Shown here piece by piece: positions 49,232 to 61,815 of a DNA stretch of 64,000 nucleotides. How positions within the stretch are numbered: the first letter of the stretch is position 1; every line of letters begins with the position of its first letter. The position numbers were made by a program, and so were the translations under genes. This stretch comes from Felis catus. Lineage: Eukaryota. The stretch spans positions 3,224,001-3,288,000 of the forward strand of contig NC_058375.1 in the NCBI RefSeq assembly GCF_018350175.1, read 5' to 3'. The notes under the pieces were generated by a model. The model saw nothing but the letters and a program-made list of their open reading frames with translations, had not been told where the DNA came from and made no database searches.

Positions 49232-49699
49232 TGCCATGAGTTGAACTGCATCCTCTTGATTCTCCAGAACCGTGCGCTGGAGTCCTAACCCCAGTACCTC
49301 TGGACGTAACCTTACTTGGAAACAGGGTTGTCGCAGAGATAGTTAGGAAAGTAACGAAGGTGCCCTACTGGAGCGGGCTGAGACTAAGCCAATGGGACTG
49401 GAGTCCTTATAAGAGGAGTACATTTGCACCCAGACACACACACAGAAAAACACCTCGAGAAGGTGAAGGCAGGGATCAGGTGATGCTTCTTTAAAGCCAA
49501 GGAACGCCACAATATACCACCAGAGTGCCAGAAGCTAGTGGGGAGGCCTAGGGCAGGCTCTTCTTCATAGGCCCCAGAAGGAACCAGCCTATAGCACCTT
49601 GCTCTCGGACTTGCAGCCTCCAGAGCTGGGAGACAGTAGACTTCTGTTGTTAGCCCAGATTGTGGAGCTTTGGTACAGCAGCCCCAAGAAATGAATAGA
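49232..49699 (+). mobile_element. MaLR LTR (MLT1B/C-like)
   Basis: GAGTTGAACTG..GTCCTAACCCCAGTACCTC..CCTTACTTGGAAACAGGG; near-TSD GCTCC/GCTTC. Confidence 0.85.
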
Positions 49700-51049
49700 G
49701 CTTCCCCAAGGAAGGCACAGGAGTGGGAAGCATGACTTAGGCAAAGAGATGCAACCTGGAGAACAGCATGTAGGAAGTATCCATGGAGGCAGGATGGTGG
49801 CACAGGGCCTAAGTGTGTATGTGTCCAGCAGAGGCTGGAGGGGCAATGGCGTCGGGTGTGGTAAGGGACTCTGCCTTCACCATAAGGCGTCACTGGAGAG
49901 AGTTAGGCTGGGGCCGATGACATCAGAGCTGAATTTTGAAGAGCTCCCGCTGGTTACCGCTGGAGGGAAACATGGAGGGGGAGGGTGTGGGGGCAGGGAC
50001 CTCAGAGAGGTGTCCACATAGGGGCCAGTTTGAGGAATAGCAGGTGCCGGTGGACGTGGAGAAGAAGGACAGATCTGGAGATGCTTAGAACCTACAACAA
50101 GCAGGACTTAAGGGTGGGACTGGGGAATGGTAGTTCTCAAGAATGTCCCCCAAGAGTCTTTGTGGTGCTATTTCCAGGGGAAGGAAAGCTGCAGGGGGTG
50201 AGGGTCAGAGGGAACCATCCCAAGTTTAGGTGTGACATGTTGAGGTAACTAGGAAATACCCACGGAGGCAGTCAGCTGGACGGGTCTGAGGTCCAGAAGG
50301 GAGGTTTGGGATGTTATATGGGTCAAGTGTCTGAGTATGGTGATTGTCTAAGGGAAAGTACAGGGTGAGGAAAGTACAAGCAAATACTGAGGGACTCCCA
50401 TATTTAGTTCCTGGAAGGGAGCAATGAGTCCGCAAAGAAGACAGGGAAGGGGAGCAAGGAGTCAGGAAAGACGCAGATGGGCCTCTGGCAGAAGGAGAAG
50501 GAGGGCGTTCCAGCAACGTGCTCTGGCCTGAGGATGTGGGAGGGCAGAGGGAACGGGCGCGTAGAGGCAGAGGTGGGGACCAGGGGCTCAGCTTGAGATG
50601 TGTCAAGTTTGAGATGGCTGCTGTATATCCAAGGGGACATGATGAGTCAGAAGTTAGACAGATGGCTCTGGAGTTCTGAGAAGTCCAGCTGGGGACATGG
50701 GTTCGGAAGTCATCAGCATACAGATGCTATTTAAATCGACAAAACCATCACAAGAGTGAGTATACATAGTAAGGAAGAGAGTGCCCATGTCTGTGTGTTG
50801 ATGCACCCTATTAGTAAGAGGGCATGTTGATCAGGAAAGGCCAGCAGAGGAAGTCACAGAGGCAAGGTCAAAAGTGGGCGATCATCAGGAGGGAGTCCAT
50901 CCTAAAATGAAGAAGATCTGTTGTGAAAACCAAGTGAAGAATGTGTTTTAGATGAGGAAGGTCATTGTAAAACTCTGCTTGATGATAAATTGAGAAAGAG
51001 AAAAGCTACAAACTGACCATTGCATTTAGCACCATGTAGGTGATTGTCG

Positions 51050-51779
51050 ACCAGAAACAGAGTCAATAAGAGATAGATGATGATTGATTGATAGATAGAT
51101 AGATAATAGAGATAGATGATAGATAGATAGATAGGTAGATAGAAGATAGATGANNNNNNNNNNNNNNNNNNNNNNNNNNNNNNNNNNNNNNNNNNNNNNN
51201 NNNNNNNNNNNNNNNNNNNNNNNNNNNNNNNNNNNNNNNNNNNNNNNNNNNNNNNNNNNNNNNNNNNNNNNNNNNNNNNNNNNNNNNNNNNNNNNNNNNN
51301 NNNNNNNNNNNNNNNNNNNNNNNNNNNNNNNNNNNNNNNNNNNNNNNNNNNNNNNNNNNNNNNNNNNNNNNNNNNNNNNNNNNNNNNNNNNTGCTGATGG
51401 GGGCTGACGAGTCCCACAATCCACCATCTGCCGACTGGAGTCTGGAGAGACATTGAGGAGCACAGACCAAGTCTGAGAGCCAGAGAACTAGGGCGACTGA
51501 TGGAGTAATTCCCAGTTCAACAGCAGGAGACCAATGTCCCAGCTCAATCAAGCAGGAGAGGTGAATTCCTTCTTCCTCCACCTCTTGTTCTTCGGGGCCA
51601 TCAACAGACAGCATGCTGCCTTCCTGCACTGGGAAGGGCCACCTTCTTTATGGATTCCACCGATTCAGATGCTAATCTCATCTGGAAACACCCTCCCAGA
51701 CACACGCAGAAATAATGTTTAACCAAACACTCTGTCCACCTGTGGACAGTCTAGTTGATGCATGAAATTAATCACCACA
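51050..51779 (-). mobile_element. ERVL LTR (MLT2-like) containing (GATA)n and a gap
   Basis: GCTAATCTCATCTGGAAACACCCTCCCAGACACAC..AGAAATAATGTTTAACCAAA..TGAAATTAATCACCACA. Confidence 0.85.
51154..51391. other. Assembly gap (N run) next to (GATA)n
   Basis: N run following GATA repeats at ~51070-51153. Confidence 1.
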
Positions 51780-52156
51780 CTGACCATTGGTTCATCACCA
51801 TGCAGTTGATTTCTGGCCCCACAGTGACATTTCTGGGCAGATGGCGAAGGTAGATCGAAGTGTGTTCTGGAGAGAGCTGGAGCAGAGGACCACAGAGAAG
51901 CACCTGGGGAGACTGGGACCTGCCACGTGCGAAGGTCTGGGGTGAAGATGCACAGGCCAGCAGAAGGGTGGTCTTATTCGGAACATGTGGAGACGTGTTG
52001 TGCCTCCTGACTCTACCCGTGGGTGTGTGGAGGCCGGGAGTGGCTCACCGAACTCTGAGTGTCAGACAGCAACTCTGCCTTTTCTCCTTTTTGGACGGCA
52101 GGGCCATGTGGGGCCAGCAGCAGGCACTCGCTTTAAATATACTGGCATTCTCCTGA

Positions 52157-52723
52157 TGTACCAGTCATCCACACTGTGTAACAAATTGCCACAACTTAGC
52201 TACTTAAAACAACATCCATTTATCGGCTCAGAGTTCTGTAAGTCAGGAGTCCAGGCACGGGCAGCACGGCTGGGTTTTCTGCTCAGGGTGGCACGCTCAC
52301 GGTGTCATTCCATTGTGCTCCCAGATGAGGCTCTGGGGAAGAATCCACTTCCAGGCTCATTCAGGTTGTTGGCAGGATCAAGCTCCTTGTGGATGGAAGA
52401 CCTGGGGACCTGTCTCCTTGCTGGCTATCAGCCAGTTCCCAGAGGCCACCCACAGTGCCACAGTCCCCTGCCATGTGGCCCCTCTATCTTAGAACCAGCA
52501 ATGGAGATTCATCATCTCCCTCTCATGCCTGGAAGAGCCTCATCCCTTTTAAGGGCTCACGTGATTATGTCAGGCCCACCTGCGGATCTCCCTGTAAGGC
52601 CACCTGTGCCGTATAACATGCCCTAGTCACCGGAGTAGAATTCATCATGTTCACAGTCCTGGGGATTATACGTACACCAGGGATGAGAATCTCAGGGCCC
52701 ATCTTAGAGTTCTGCCCACCACA
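52157..52723 (-). mobile_element. MaLR LTR (MLT1E/F-like)
   Basis: TGTAACAAATTGCCACAACTTAG..TTAAAACAACA..CATTTAT ... CCATCTTAGAGTTCTGCCCACCACA. Confidence 0.8.
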
Positions 52724-53129
52724 GTTGGTCTCTGCTGAGGGGCACCTGCTCCAGTCTGATGACCTCACTTGGTTGTTTTTTTTTTTTTTTTTCTGTAAAT
52801 GAAGCTAAAGTCATATTCTTTGGGATAAGACTGGGTGGGGCCCCATGTGTGCAGAGCGGGTTGAGTGGCTGATGAGAGCTTGGAAGGGTAGTTGACCAGG
52901 GGCACAGTAGGATTGCCTGGCAGAGAAAGAGTGGCCAGGGATTGCTGACAATGCAGCACAGTGCCAGTGTGCCTGAAGGACCAAGTAGAAGTTGAAGGAG
53001 TTTGTGAACAGGGAACGAGGAGGGGGTCCTGTTGCCATAATTACTGTCATTAGCTCTGGGGCTAGGAAATGTCCGCACACCCACATTAAGGACACATATC
53101 ACATGGGGTCAAGGACCACTCATTTTCTT

Positions 53130-53351
53130 TCTTTTTAAAATTTTTTTTAATGTTTATTTATTTTTGAGACAGAGAGAGACAGAGCATGAATGGGGGAGGG
53201 GCAGAGAGAGAGGGAGACACAGAATCCGAAGCGGGCTCCAGGCTCCGAGCTGGCAGCACAGAGCCCGACGCGGGGCTCAAACCCACGAACCGTGAGATCG
53301 TGACCTGACCTGAAGTCGGACGCTTAACCGACTGAGCCACCCAGGTGCCCC
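53130..53351 (-). mobile_element. Can-SINE (felid type), full length
   Basis: Antisense head ends CCAGGTGCCCC at 53351; T tail on left. Confidence 0.95.
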
Positions 53352-53428
53352 TGCATTTATTTGATCATATAGTAATTTATCTGTGGATAAAACGAACCGT
53401 TTTAAACATTAGCCTCTCAGGTAATTCC

Positions 53429-53496
53429 AACTGTGAGATCATGAGTGACCTGAGCCGAAGTCGGACGCTCAACCGACTGAGCCACCCAGGCGCCCC
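53429..53496 (-). mobile_element. Can-SINE 5' head fragment
   Basis: AACTGTGAGATCATGA..CCTGAGCCGAAGTCGGACGCTCAACCGACTGAGCCACCCAGGCGCCCC. Confidence 0.9.
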
Positions 53497-54299
53497 ATCA
53501 TTTTCTTTCTTCAGTCATCCTGGAAGCAGCTAGGAAACTCTCCCCACCCCGCCCCTGACATCAGTCTCATTTGGTAAGGGGACCCACTCGTCGGGAGCCC
53601 TCCAGCTCCGTCCATGACAGTGCCTGGGCTCCTTATGTGGACATCAGCCTCTGAGGCCGGTCTCCATCTGAGCACAACAACCTCAGCCGGGGGCATCCAG
53701 GGACTATGAGCTTTTATGGCAGCGACACCTGGTCAGGGAGGAGAGAACAACAAGGAGAGATTCAGCCTGCAGCCTTCTGGAGCCAAGAATGTCCCTGTGT
53801 AGGTTCCGAATTGAATACACACACAGCATGCAGCCCACCAAAAGCCAGCACCTTCACTTTCCCATAACAAATGGCTGATTAGAATCAATAACAACTCCCT
53901 GCTGCTGTGCTAGCACGGTGTGAGGGCAGCGGAGGCGTCTGGGCTCGGCAGAACAGCTGCTCTGTCCGCGTCCAAGGCCCCAGCCAGGGGGATGGCTACC
54001 GTTTGGCCGTGCTGGGCTGGCCACCGGCACTCCCTCTCAGCCTCTCCTCTGCTACTCAGCTTCTCAGGTAAGCCACAAAATCTGCTTCAGAGCACGGGAT
54101 CCATGGAAATTGTGTTTTCAGCCTAAAGGGGTTGTGTGTGCATGTCCAAGAGGTAGGGAGGAAGGAAGGAAGAAGCAAGGCTATGCTTGTCACAAGCGCG
54201 TGTGGTGTCCATGCTGGAGACCCCAGCAAAGGTGCAACCTGGAGCTGAGGCGGGCTTGTTTAATTTAAAGGGGATTGGGGGTCAGAATAACATAGCAGG

Positions 54300-54500
54300 T
54301 AGGATGCAGTTTCTGGAGCTGGCCCTCTAGGTTCCCATTGCGTCCCTTGTCAGCTGTGTGACTTTGGGAAGTCTACAAAACCTCTCCGTGCTTCCCGTTC
54401 TCATCTATAACTTGGGGGTTATAATAGTGGCTGCCTTGTGGACATCTCCCACACATCCATGTGAAGCACTGAGATACCTCAGTAAGCATTCGCTGTCATT
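54300..54500 (+). mobile_element. MIR SINE
   Basis: AGCTGTGTGACTTTGGGAAGT..CCTCTCCGTGCTTC..TCTCATCTATAA. Confidence 0.75.
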
Positions 54501-55532
54501 ACTGCTCTGCTGGCTCTCCCTAAAGGGGGCTGTTGGATCTGCCCCGTGAGACACAAGTGCCTTTAAGGTCTTTTGGGGAAGCAGGTTCCTTCAGGCACTC
54601 CTACAGCCTCCAACAGAAGGGGCCGCTCCGCGCTTCAAGGTTGGTTGGGCTGCTGAAATGGAACCTCCGCAGAGACAGACCTTTACACGACGCAGTTACG
54701 TGTTAGATGTGGTGGTCTGCCACCAACCACAGCACGACTGAAGCAGTCTCTCAGGGCACGGCTCCTCTTAGAACAAGGTACCGAGGTCTGTGTGTACAAA
54801 GTCAAATGTGTGGATCCACTCATGGGTAGTGTTTTCTCCTCATCTACCCTGCAGAGCACCAGCCTCGATAGGGCAGTGCCATCAAGGTCATCCTGACATC
54901 TCCTCTGTCTCTCATCCACCATGTGTAGATGACAGATGGATCGCCATAGGACGAACGGATACTCTTAGGATAGATAGCCATAGATGGGAAAATAGCCATC
55001 GGTGGAAGGAAACACATATGATGGATGGATAGTCATAGAATGGACAGAGAGCCACAGGAAAGATGGATGTCCAAAGAACAGCTGGGTAGCACTCACTATC
55101 GGACATTCAGGATGGGCCTTGTTTCTCCTGCTCAGAAGCTTCGGTGGTCCTGGCTGCCCCGGCTTAGTGTTTCACACCCTCCCTCACCTGGGCCCACCCA
55201 CATATCCTCCTGGTTCAGCACAGGGCTCCTTCCTACAAACTCCAGCTGTCCACTGTCCAGCATCAGGCCACTTGCTTTGCTCTGTCCAAATTTCTCACCC
55301 TCATTCCTCTTCTGGATAAGCCTTTGCAGGTCTTCCAAGGATCATTTCTGGAGGCTGCCCATAGTTCCTCCAGGAGGAGTACATTGCTCTCTCCTTTGTG
55401 AGACCATAGCACTTACCACTGTTGGTTGTTGGCATTTGCACTTCCCTGTAGGTAATGAGGAATGGAGCATGCTGTATTCACCTCTGCAACCCTATAATGC
55501 CCAGTGCTTGGCACAGAGTCGGGCCACAGAAA

Positions 55533-55890
55533 GGATGGATGGATGGATGGATGGATGACAAACTGAGGGAGGGAGGGACAAATGGATGGAGGGATGGATG
55601 GAGGGAGGGATGGATGACAAACTGAGGGAGGGAGGGAGGGACGAATGGATGGATGGATGGATGGATGGATGGATGAAAAACTGAGGGAGGGAAGGACAAA
55701 TGGATGGAGGGATGGATGGATGGATGGATGGATGAAAAACTGAGGGAGGGAAGGACAAATGGATGGAGGGATGGATGGATGGAGGGATGGATGGAGGGAT
55801 GGATGGATGGATGAAAAACTGAGGGAGGGAAGGACAAATGGTTGGAGGGATGGATGGACGGATGGAGGCAGAATGAATAGATGGATAGAA
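55533..55890. repeat. Compound (GGAT)n minisatellite with ~58-80-bp higher-order unit, at an L2 tail
   Basis: GATGA(C/A)AAACTGAGGGAGGGA..GGAC(A/G)AAT recurs five times between GGAT runs; L2-like CCCAGTGCTTGGCACAGAG just upstream. Confidence 0.9.
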
Positions 55891-56429
55891 GGACTAATTA
55901 TAGCAGCATTAGCCCTTCTGGGAGGCAGTAAAACACAGAGGAGAGAACAGACTGAACAGTCTTGCTGTGGGACCAGAGGGCCCTGTAATCGACCCTGTCG
56001 GGTCCCCAGACCAGCCTGTTGTCCCCTACCCCAGCACTTTAACTATGTCCCTGAATTCTCACCCATGCTTCTCTACTATTGACCACAGACATCTCTCTGG
56101 CTCTCCTGCTCAGCTGGACACTTCACATTGGCTCCTATGGATGAACAACCCTGTCCAGTGACCCCACAGTTATGGCAGGCAGGGTCTTAGATTTCAGACC
56201 CCCAGAATAACACCTCTGTCTGCCTGGAACTTAAGCACATTTTCTAAGGAGAAAGAAGTCCTGGGCAGGCATCATAGTGACATGGAAAGGGAAGAAAAAG
56301 GAGTGAGTAAGAGGCCACCATTCACTCTCATGAGCTCATGTCAGGGAGACAAACTACAGCACCAAGTGAGGGCCAGGGAGGCAGTAACACATCCTTGTAA
56401 GATGCTTGGGAATGGTGGAGGGGAGAAAG

Positions 56430-56620
56430 CCCGGGGCAGGACCCGTTCATTAAGTGCCTACAGTATGTCACACAAGTATCCTTCAGCAACTCCTGGAATC
56501 TAAGGAATATTGACCCATTTCACGATGGGAACTGAAGCCCCCCAAATGTGGTAACATGAGGAAGACCCCAGAGCTAATGAGGGGGTCTAACCAGACTTGG
56601 TCCAGTTCTCTCTGACCCTA
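56430..56620 (-). mobile_element. MIR SINE
   Basis: TTCATTAAGTGCCTACAGTATG..CCCATTTCACGATGGGAACTGAAGCC. Confidence 0.65.
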
Positions 56621-56636
56621 AACCCTTTACAGAACA

Positions 56637-57287
56637 AGAAATAGGAACCCTCTTGCACTGTTGGTGGGAATGCAAACCGGTGCAACCGCTCTGGAAAACA
56701 GTGTGGAGGTTCCTCAAAAAATTAAAAATAGATCTACCCAATGACCCAGCAACAGCACTGCTAGGAATTTACCCAAGGGATCCAGGAGTGCTGATGCAGA
56801 GGTGCACTTGTACCCCAATGTTTATAGCAGCACTTTCAACAATAGCCAAATTATGGAAAGAGCCTAAGTGTCCATCAACCGACGAATGGATGAAGAAATT
56901 GTGGTTTATATACACAATGGAGTACTACGTGGCAATGAGAAAGAATGAAATATGGCCTTATGTAGCAACGTGGATGGAACTGGAGAGTGTTATGCTAAGT
57001 GAAATAAGTCATACAGAGAAAGACAGATACCGTATGTTTTCACTCCTATGTGGATCCTGAGAAACTTAACAGAAGACCATGGGGGAGGGGAAGGGGGAAA
57101 AAAATTAGAGAGGGAGGGAGCCAAACCATAAGAGACTCTTAAACACTGAGAATAAACTGAGGGTTGATGGGGGGTGGGAGGGAGGGGACGGTGGGTGATG
57201 GGCACTGAGGAAGGCACCTGTTGGGATGAGCACTGGGTGTTGTATGGAAACCAATTTGACAATAAATTTCATATGAAAAAAAAAAAA
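56637..57287 (+). mobile_element. Young felid L1 (L1_Fc-like), 5'-truncated; ORF2 C-terminus, 3' UTR and polyA
   Basis: ORF 56653-57060 [45 protein letters not shown]; G-rich 3' UTR, AATAAA and A tail. Confidence 0.95.
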
Positions 57288-58181
57288 GGACCCTGGCTAC
57301 GTTGCCCAAATAATTTGGAGGAAACTAAACAGTAAAATGAGGGAGAGAGGGGGGTGCCAAAGGCAGGGCAAACCCAGGGCCCTTTGCCCCAGATACACAC
57401 CCATCCTGAAACCACAGAGGGTCGCCTGAAAAAACAGCCTGTTTCCAGCCTTTCCCTGGGAACATTCCACAGCACGCCAAGCAGCCACACGGAGATGATG
57501 TTAGCTCAGTATGTGACAGCGATTAATAGCTTATTTCTCAGATCAGCCTATTAGAAATAATCATGCAGGCACCCGTGGGCCATTAATCTGCACTGGAACC
57601 CAACAAGCACAGGCTGCCAGCGGACACGATCCTTAGCGATGCCCAAGGCAGGGGACGCTTGTGCACAGAGAACATTGCTGGAAATGCTGAGAGCCCAAGA
57701 TGGGGCCCAAGCAGCGTCTGGGCAGGGTCACAGGGGACCCAGGGCCTCAGTGACCACAAAAGCCTTATTCTTAAAGGCGGGGATGGCTCTCTATGGAAGC
57801 AGCTTCCTGGAACGGTGTGTTGAGAAGGGTTTTGAGGCCGTGTTTAGTTGCGTTTTCTGTCGTGGGTGATGGCAGGCAAGTGAAGGCACGGGTGCCTTGA
57901 TGTGATGCCCCTGCACTCAGTGACATGCTGAGGGGCGGGAGGAAACCCCCACGCCCGCTGGGCAGAGTATTTTATCACTGTTCTTGGATCATTGCCTACA
58001 CATGGTAATAATGAAAATGGACTATTAGTTGGTTTCATCATTGTTCTTAAATTCTCTGCAGACGACGCACAGCCTCACTGCTGCTCAGGGCAGACCACTC
58101 CCACTGCCCCCCTGCCACTTGGTACCACGCCCCTGCAGGCAGGGCTGCATTCCTCAGCTGGTCTCCCTAACAGCCCTCCGC

Positions 58182-58217
58182 GGGGGGGGGGGGGGGGGGG
58201 GCGGGGGGCGGAGGGGG
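58182..58217 (+). repeat. Poly-G tract, G-quadruplex capable
   Basis: G20 followed by further G runs. Confidence 0.8.
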
Positions 58218-59453
58218 CTCTGACCCTTCCTTCCCCACCTCCCCCCTGACCCAGAGAGCTCCAGACAGTTCAGGAGAAGGATGCAGGGCAGGACCTCAGG
58301 GGGAGACCCGAACACAGAGACCAATGAGGGTGAGGCAGCCCCAGACCCCGAAATTCCAGGGTGCTTGCTGGGGTCATTCCAGGGCAAGCCCTCCCTCCAA
58401 TGCATGGCTGCAAATAGCGGACAAATGAGAGAGAGGGTCTTTCTGGTGGCTTTTTCGAGAGACCCTAGCATGATGATTTCTCTGCCTCATTTCTCTGGGG
58501 ACAGCAGAGGCCAGCAGCACAAGCCCTTGGGACTTCACGCCATTTCTGCTGGGGGACACCAGTCCCTCCGCCACCCAGCATTTTCTTTAGCTGCACACCG
58601 GCATTGCTAAGGCGCTCTTAGGTCCCATTCTCTTGGCTTTGGAGCCAGTTCGCCTGTGCCCTCCGTCAGATTGTGAGAGAGCTGAGCCTTCCTGACACCC
58701 TGGGGAGGGAAGTCTCTGTGCCCCCAGCACTGCTCAGGAGAACCTGCTTAGCTCACTGCCTCCACTGAACCCCAAGATCTCTGACCTGACCGGTACAGTC
58801 TCTTCTGAGCCTCTCACCTGGCCCCTTACCTGGCTCCTGATTCACCTGGGCTGAACATCCACGTAGGTCCCAGGGCCCCACCAAGCATCCAGACCCATCA
58901 TCTCTTCAGGCTTGGCTAGGGTACCTTGACTTGCTTCTCCGACCTCACGTCCAAGTTACAGCAGCTGCCCTTTGGGTGCCAACCGAGGACACCTTTGCCT
59001 CCTTCCTCTGGGTCCTCTATACAAGCCCACAATGCACAGGTGCATGGCAGGTACAACCAGACCTGCACCAAGCCGTGGTCACGAGGGGAAGTCTGAATTT
59101 ACCAGGAGGATAAAGGAAGGGGCAATTCCTCCCGGGATCAAGGGATATTTGAAGGAACACACCTTCCTCAGGCAACCTGGCTTGCATAGAGCTTTTTCTC
59201 CCTGTAAGGAGCGCCTGTAGGTGCAATGGTCCCACGGAGACAGCTGTGATCGGCTGACTTTCTAATGTGGCTGAACCTTAGCCAGGACCGGCCTCTGAAT
59301 ACAAGTGCTCAAGGTGACGTTCTTGGCATAGACCATCATTCACATAAATGGTGTCCGTCCCCATCCGCGTGTCCTCACGAGAGGCTCGTTCCGCATTGCC
59401 AAACTTCCTACGGCTGATTTTTTTTGTTTGTTTTAAGAATGTCCAAGTGTGTA

Positions 59454-59682
59454 GGGGCATCTGGGTGGCTCAGGCGGTTAAGTGTCTGACTTTGGCTCAG
59501 GTTATGATCTCACGGTCTGTGAGTTCAAGCCCCGCATCGGGCTCTGTCCTGACAGCTCAGAGCCTGGATCCTGCTTCGGATTCTGTGTCTCCCTCTCTCT
59601 GCCCCTCCCCCTCTCGCACTCTGTCTCTCTGTCTCTGTGTCTCTCTCTCAAAAATAAATAAACTTTAAACAAACAAACAAAA
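59454..59682 (+). mobile_element. Can-SINE
   Basis: TSD AAGAA(T/C)GTCCAAGTGTGT. Confidence 0.95.
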
Positions 59683-61379
59683 AAGAACGTCCAAGTGTGT
59701 GAGTCATAGTTGTGGTTTGGGCGGCTCAGACGTTGACACCTATGTGGGAACATATGGAAAAGAGAACAGCACCCAACCTTAGCGTCTGCTTCAGCTGTAC
59801 GATGCTCACACTACACAAAGAAACAGCCAAGCTACTTCCTTCACCACCCCCTGGGATTTCTCCTGTTGATGAACATGTTAATGACCACTAATGACTGATA
59901 AGTACTTCACCAAACAGCCACATGGGTCAGGTCATAGGCTGTAGTTCATCAACATGCTTCTCCAATCTCATGTCCCAGGTGTAATGTGATCGGGGTCCCA
60001 GATTTCCACTGGTCCTCGGCATTTCCTGCCATCATATCATGGTGGTCCTAGTGTCCTCACCACCTGTTTACTGTGCCAGCCTCCATGGGAACCTGCTTGC
60101 TAGACATGAGATACAATGGAGCTCAATAAGTATTCCTTTGGACAAGTCAGAGAAGATATTGCAGGCAAGAGAAATGTCTTAGTTGTATACGTGGACTTCC
60201 CAGACAAACCAACTTTAGGGAAAATGTCCTTAATCATCCCTCCCTGTCCCGCAAACACATTGTCAAAGCACCCTTTCTTCAAAGTACCTTTCTCTAAGTC
60301 CTACCGTCAGCGCATGAGCAGAGGAAGGACATCTGGCTGACCGCAAAAGTGGCTTTCACAGGGAAGGAAGCTCCATTTGGTGAGAAGTCTGAGAAGAAGC
60401 TCGTGAGAACTTACCAGAGGACGGGAGGGGAGAGGAAATGGCAGGGCAGCTCAGAAAGGGCTTCTTGTTTTACTGTCTTAGGTTGCTTTCTGTCCCTTCT
60501 CATTGGAAAGAGTAATGGCTTGCCCTTTTTTGCATAAAGTCTGAGACAAACATGGAGTTCTTCGATGAGTTTTCTAAAGCCAGAAAATAATCCACCCGGG
60601 GGTGGGGGGTGGGGGCGGAAATGCAGCCCCAAATGGAGTCCTCTGTAAGTAATAAATCTGCTGCCTATTGTACTCTGTGTTCCTAAAACAAAAGCGACAG
60701 TAGCAAGCGATCTTGATTATTGCTGATACATTGTTTAAATATTTCAGCTGGGAGACGCCGTGTGAAGAGAGACCATAGCCAGTCTGACATAAGATTTATT
60801 AGAGAAAGTTGGCACAGATATATTTGTAGGGAACAAAATATGTTTGTAGAGACTCTTCCAGATTTGCGGTGATTAATAGGGGATCGGACGTGGCGGACGT
60901 CAGAGAACCGTCTCCCCGGCAGGTCGAGTCAGAATAGAACATGAACTTCGGCAGCACCAGCAAGGCCCTTAAAAGAATGTAGTTTTCCGAATAGAACAAA
61001 ATGAATACCGCACACAGTGTTTCCACTCAAAAAAGCGCCCGACTGTTAGTTAAACACTGACTCGCTAATGGGGTTTCGAGCCAGGAGGCATTCACGGGGC
61101 TTGGCACAGTCAGGGGCTCCTGGGGACCCTGCAGAGGTGGATGCCAGACATTGGAGATTTATCTTCGCTCCTGGGCGGGAGGGGGGACGGGTGGCATGGG
61201 ACTCTGCCCTCGGGGTGCATCTTCTCTGTCGGCTGAGTCCAGGGGCCTCTTTCTCCGGAGGTTAGGGTTGGTGAGACCCTAGCCAACGGTGTGTTGTCTG
61301 GATTTGAAGGCGGATTCTGATGGTAACCAACAATAAGTATTGATGTCTCACATACTTCTGGGCAAAGAATCTGGTTGTT

Positions 61380-61815
61380 GGTTTTTGGTTTTTTTAATGT
61401 TTATTTTTGAGACAGAGAGAGACACAGCATGAGCAGGGAAGGGGCAGAGAGAGAGGGAGACACAGAATGTGAAGCAGGCTCCACGTTCTGAGCTGTCAGC
61501 ACAGAGCCTGACGTGGGGCTCGAACTCACGGACCATGAGATCATGACCTGAGCCGAAGTTGGACGCTCAACCGACTGAGCCACCCAGGCGCCCCTGTTGT
61601 TGTTGTTTTTAAGTTTTGTTTATTTATTTTGAGAGAGAGAGTGAGAGAGAGAGAGTGGGCGGAGGGTTGGGACAGAGAGAGAAGGAGAGAGAGAATCCCA
61701 AGCAGGCACAGTCAGCCCAGAGCCCGATGTGGGGCTCGAACACACGAACCATGAGATCGTGACCTGAGCCGAAAGCAAGAGCCAGACGCCTAATGGACCG
61801 AGTCCCCCGGCACCC
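61380..61815 (-). mobile_element. Two nested Can-SINEs (younger in the tail of older)
   Basis: Heads end at 61594 and ~61814; outer TSD AGAATCTGGTTGTT. Confidence 0.9.

Larger units (their letters stand above)
49700..51900 (-). mobile_element. L2 LINE interrupted by an MLT2 LTR
   Basis: Antisense L2 blocks (AAGTTTGAGATG..ATCCAAGGGGACATG..AAGTCATCAGCATACAGATG..CTGACCATTG). Confidence 0.65.
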
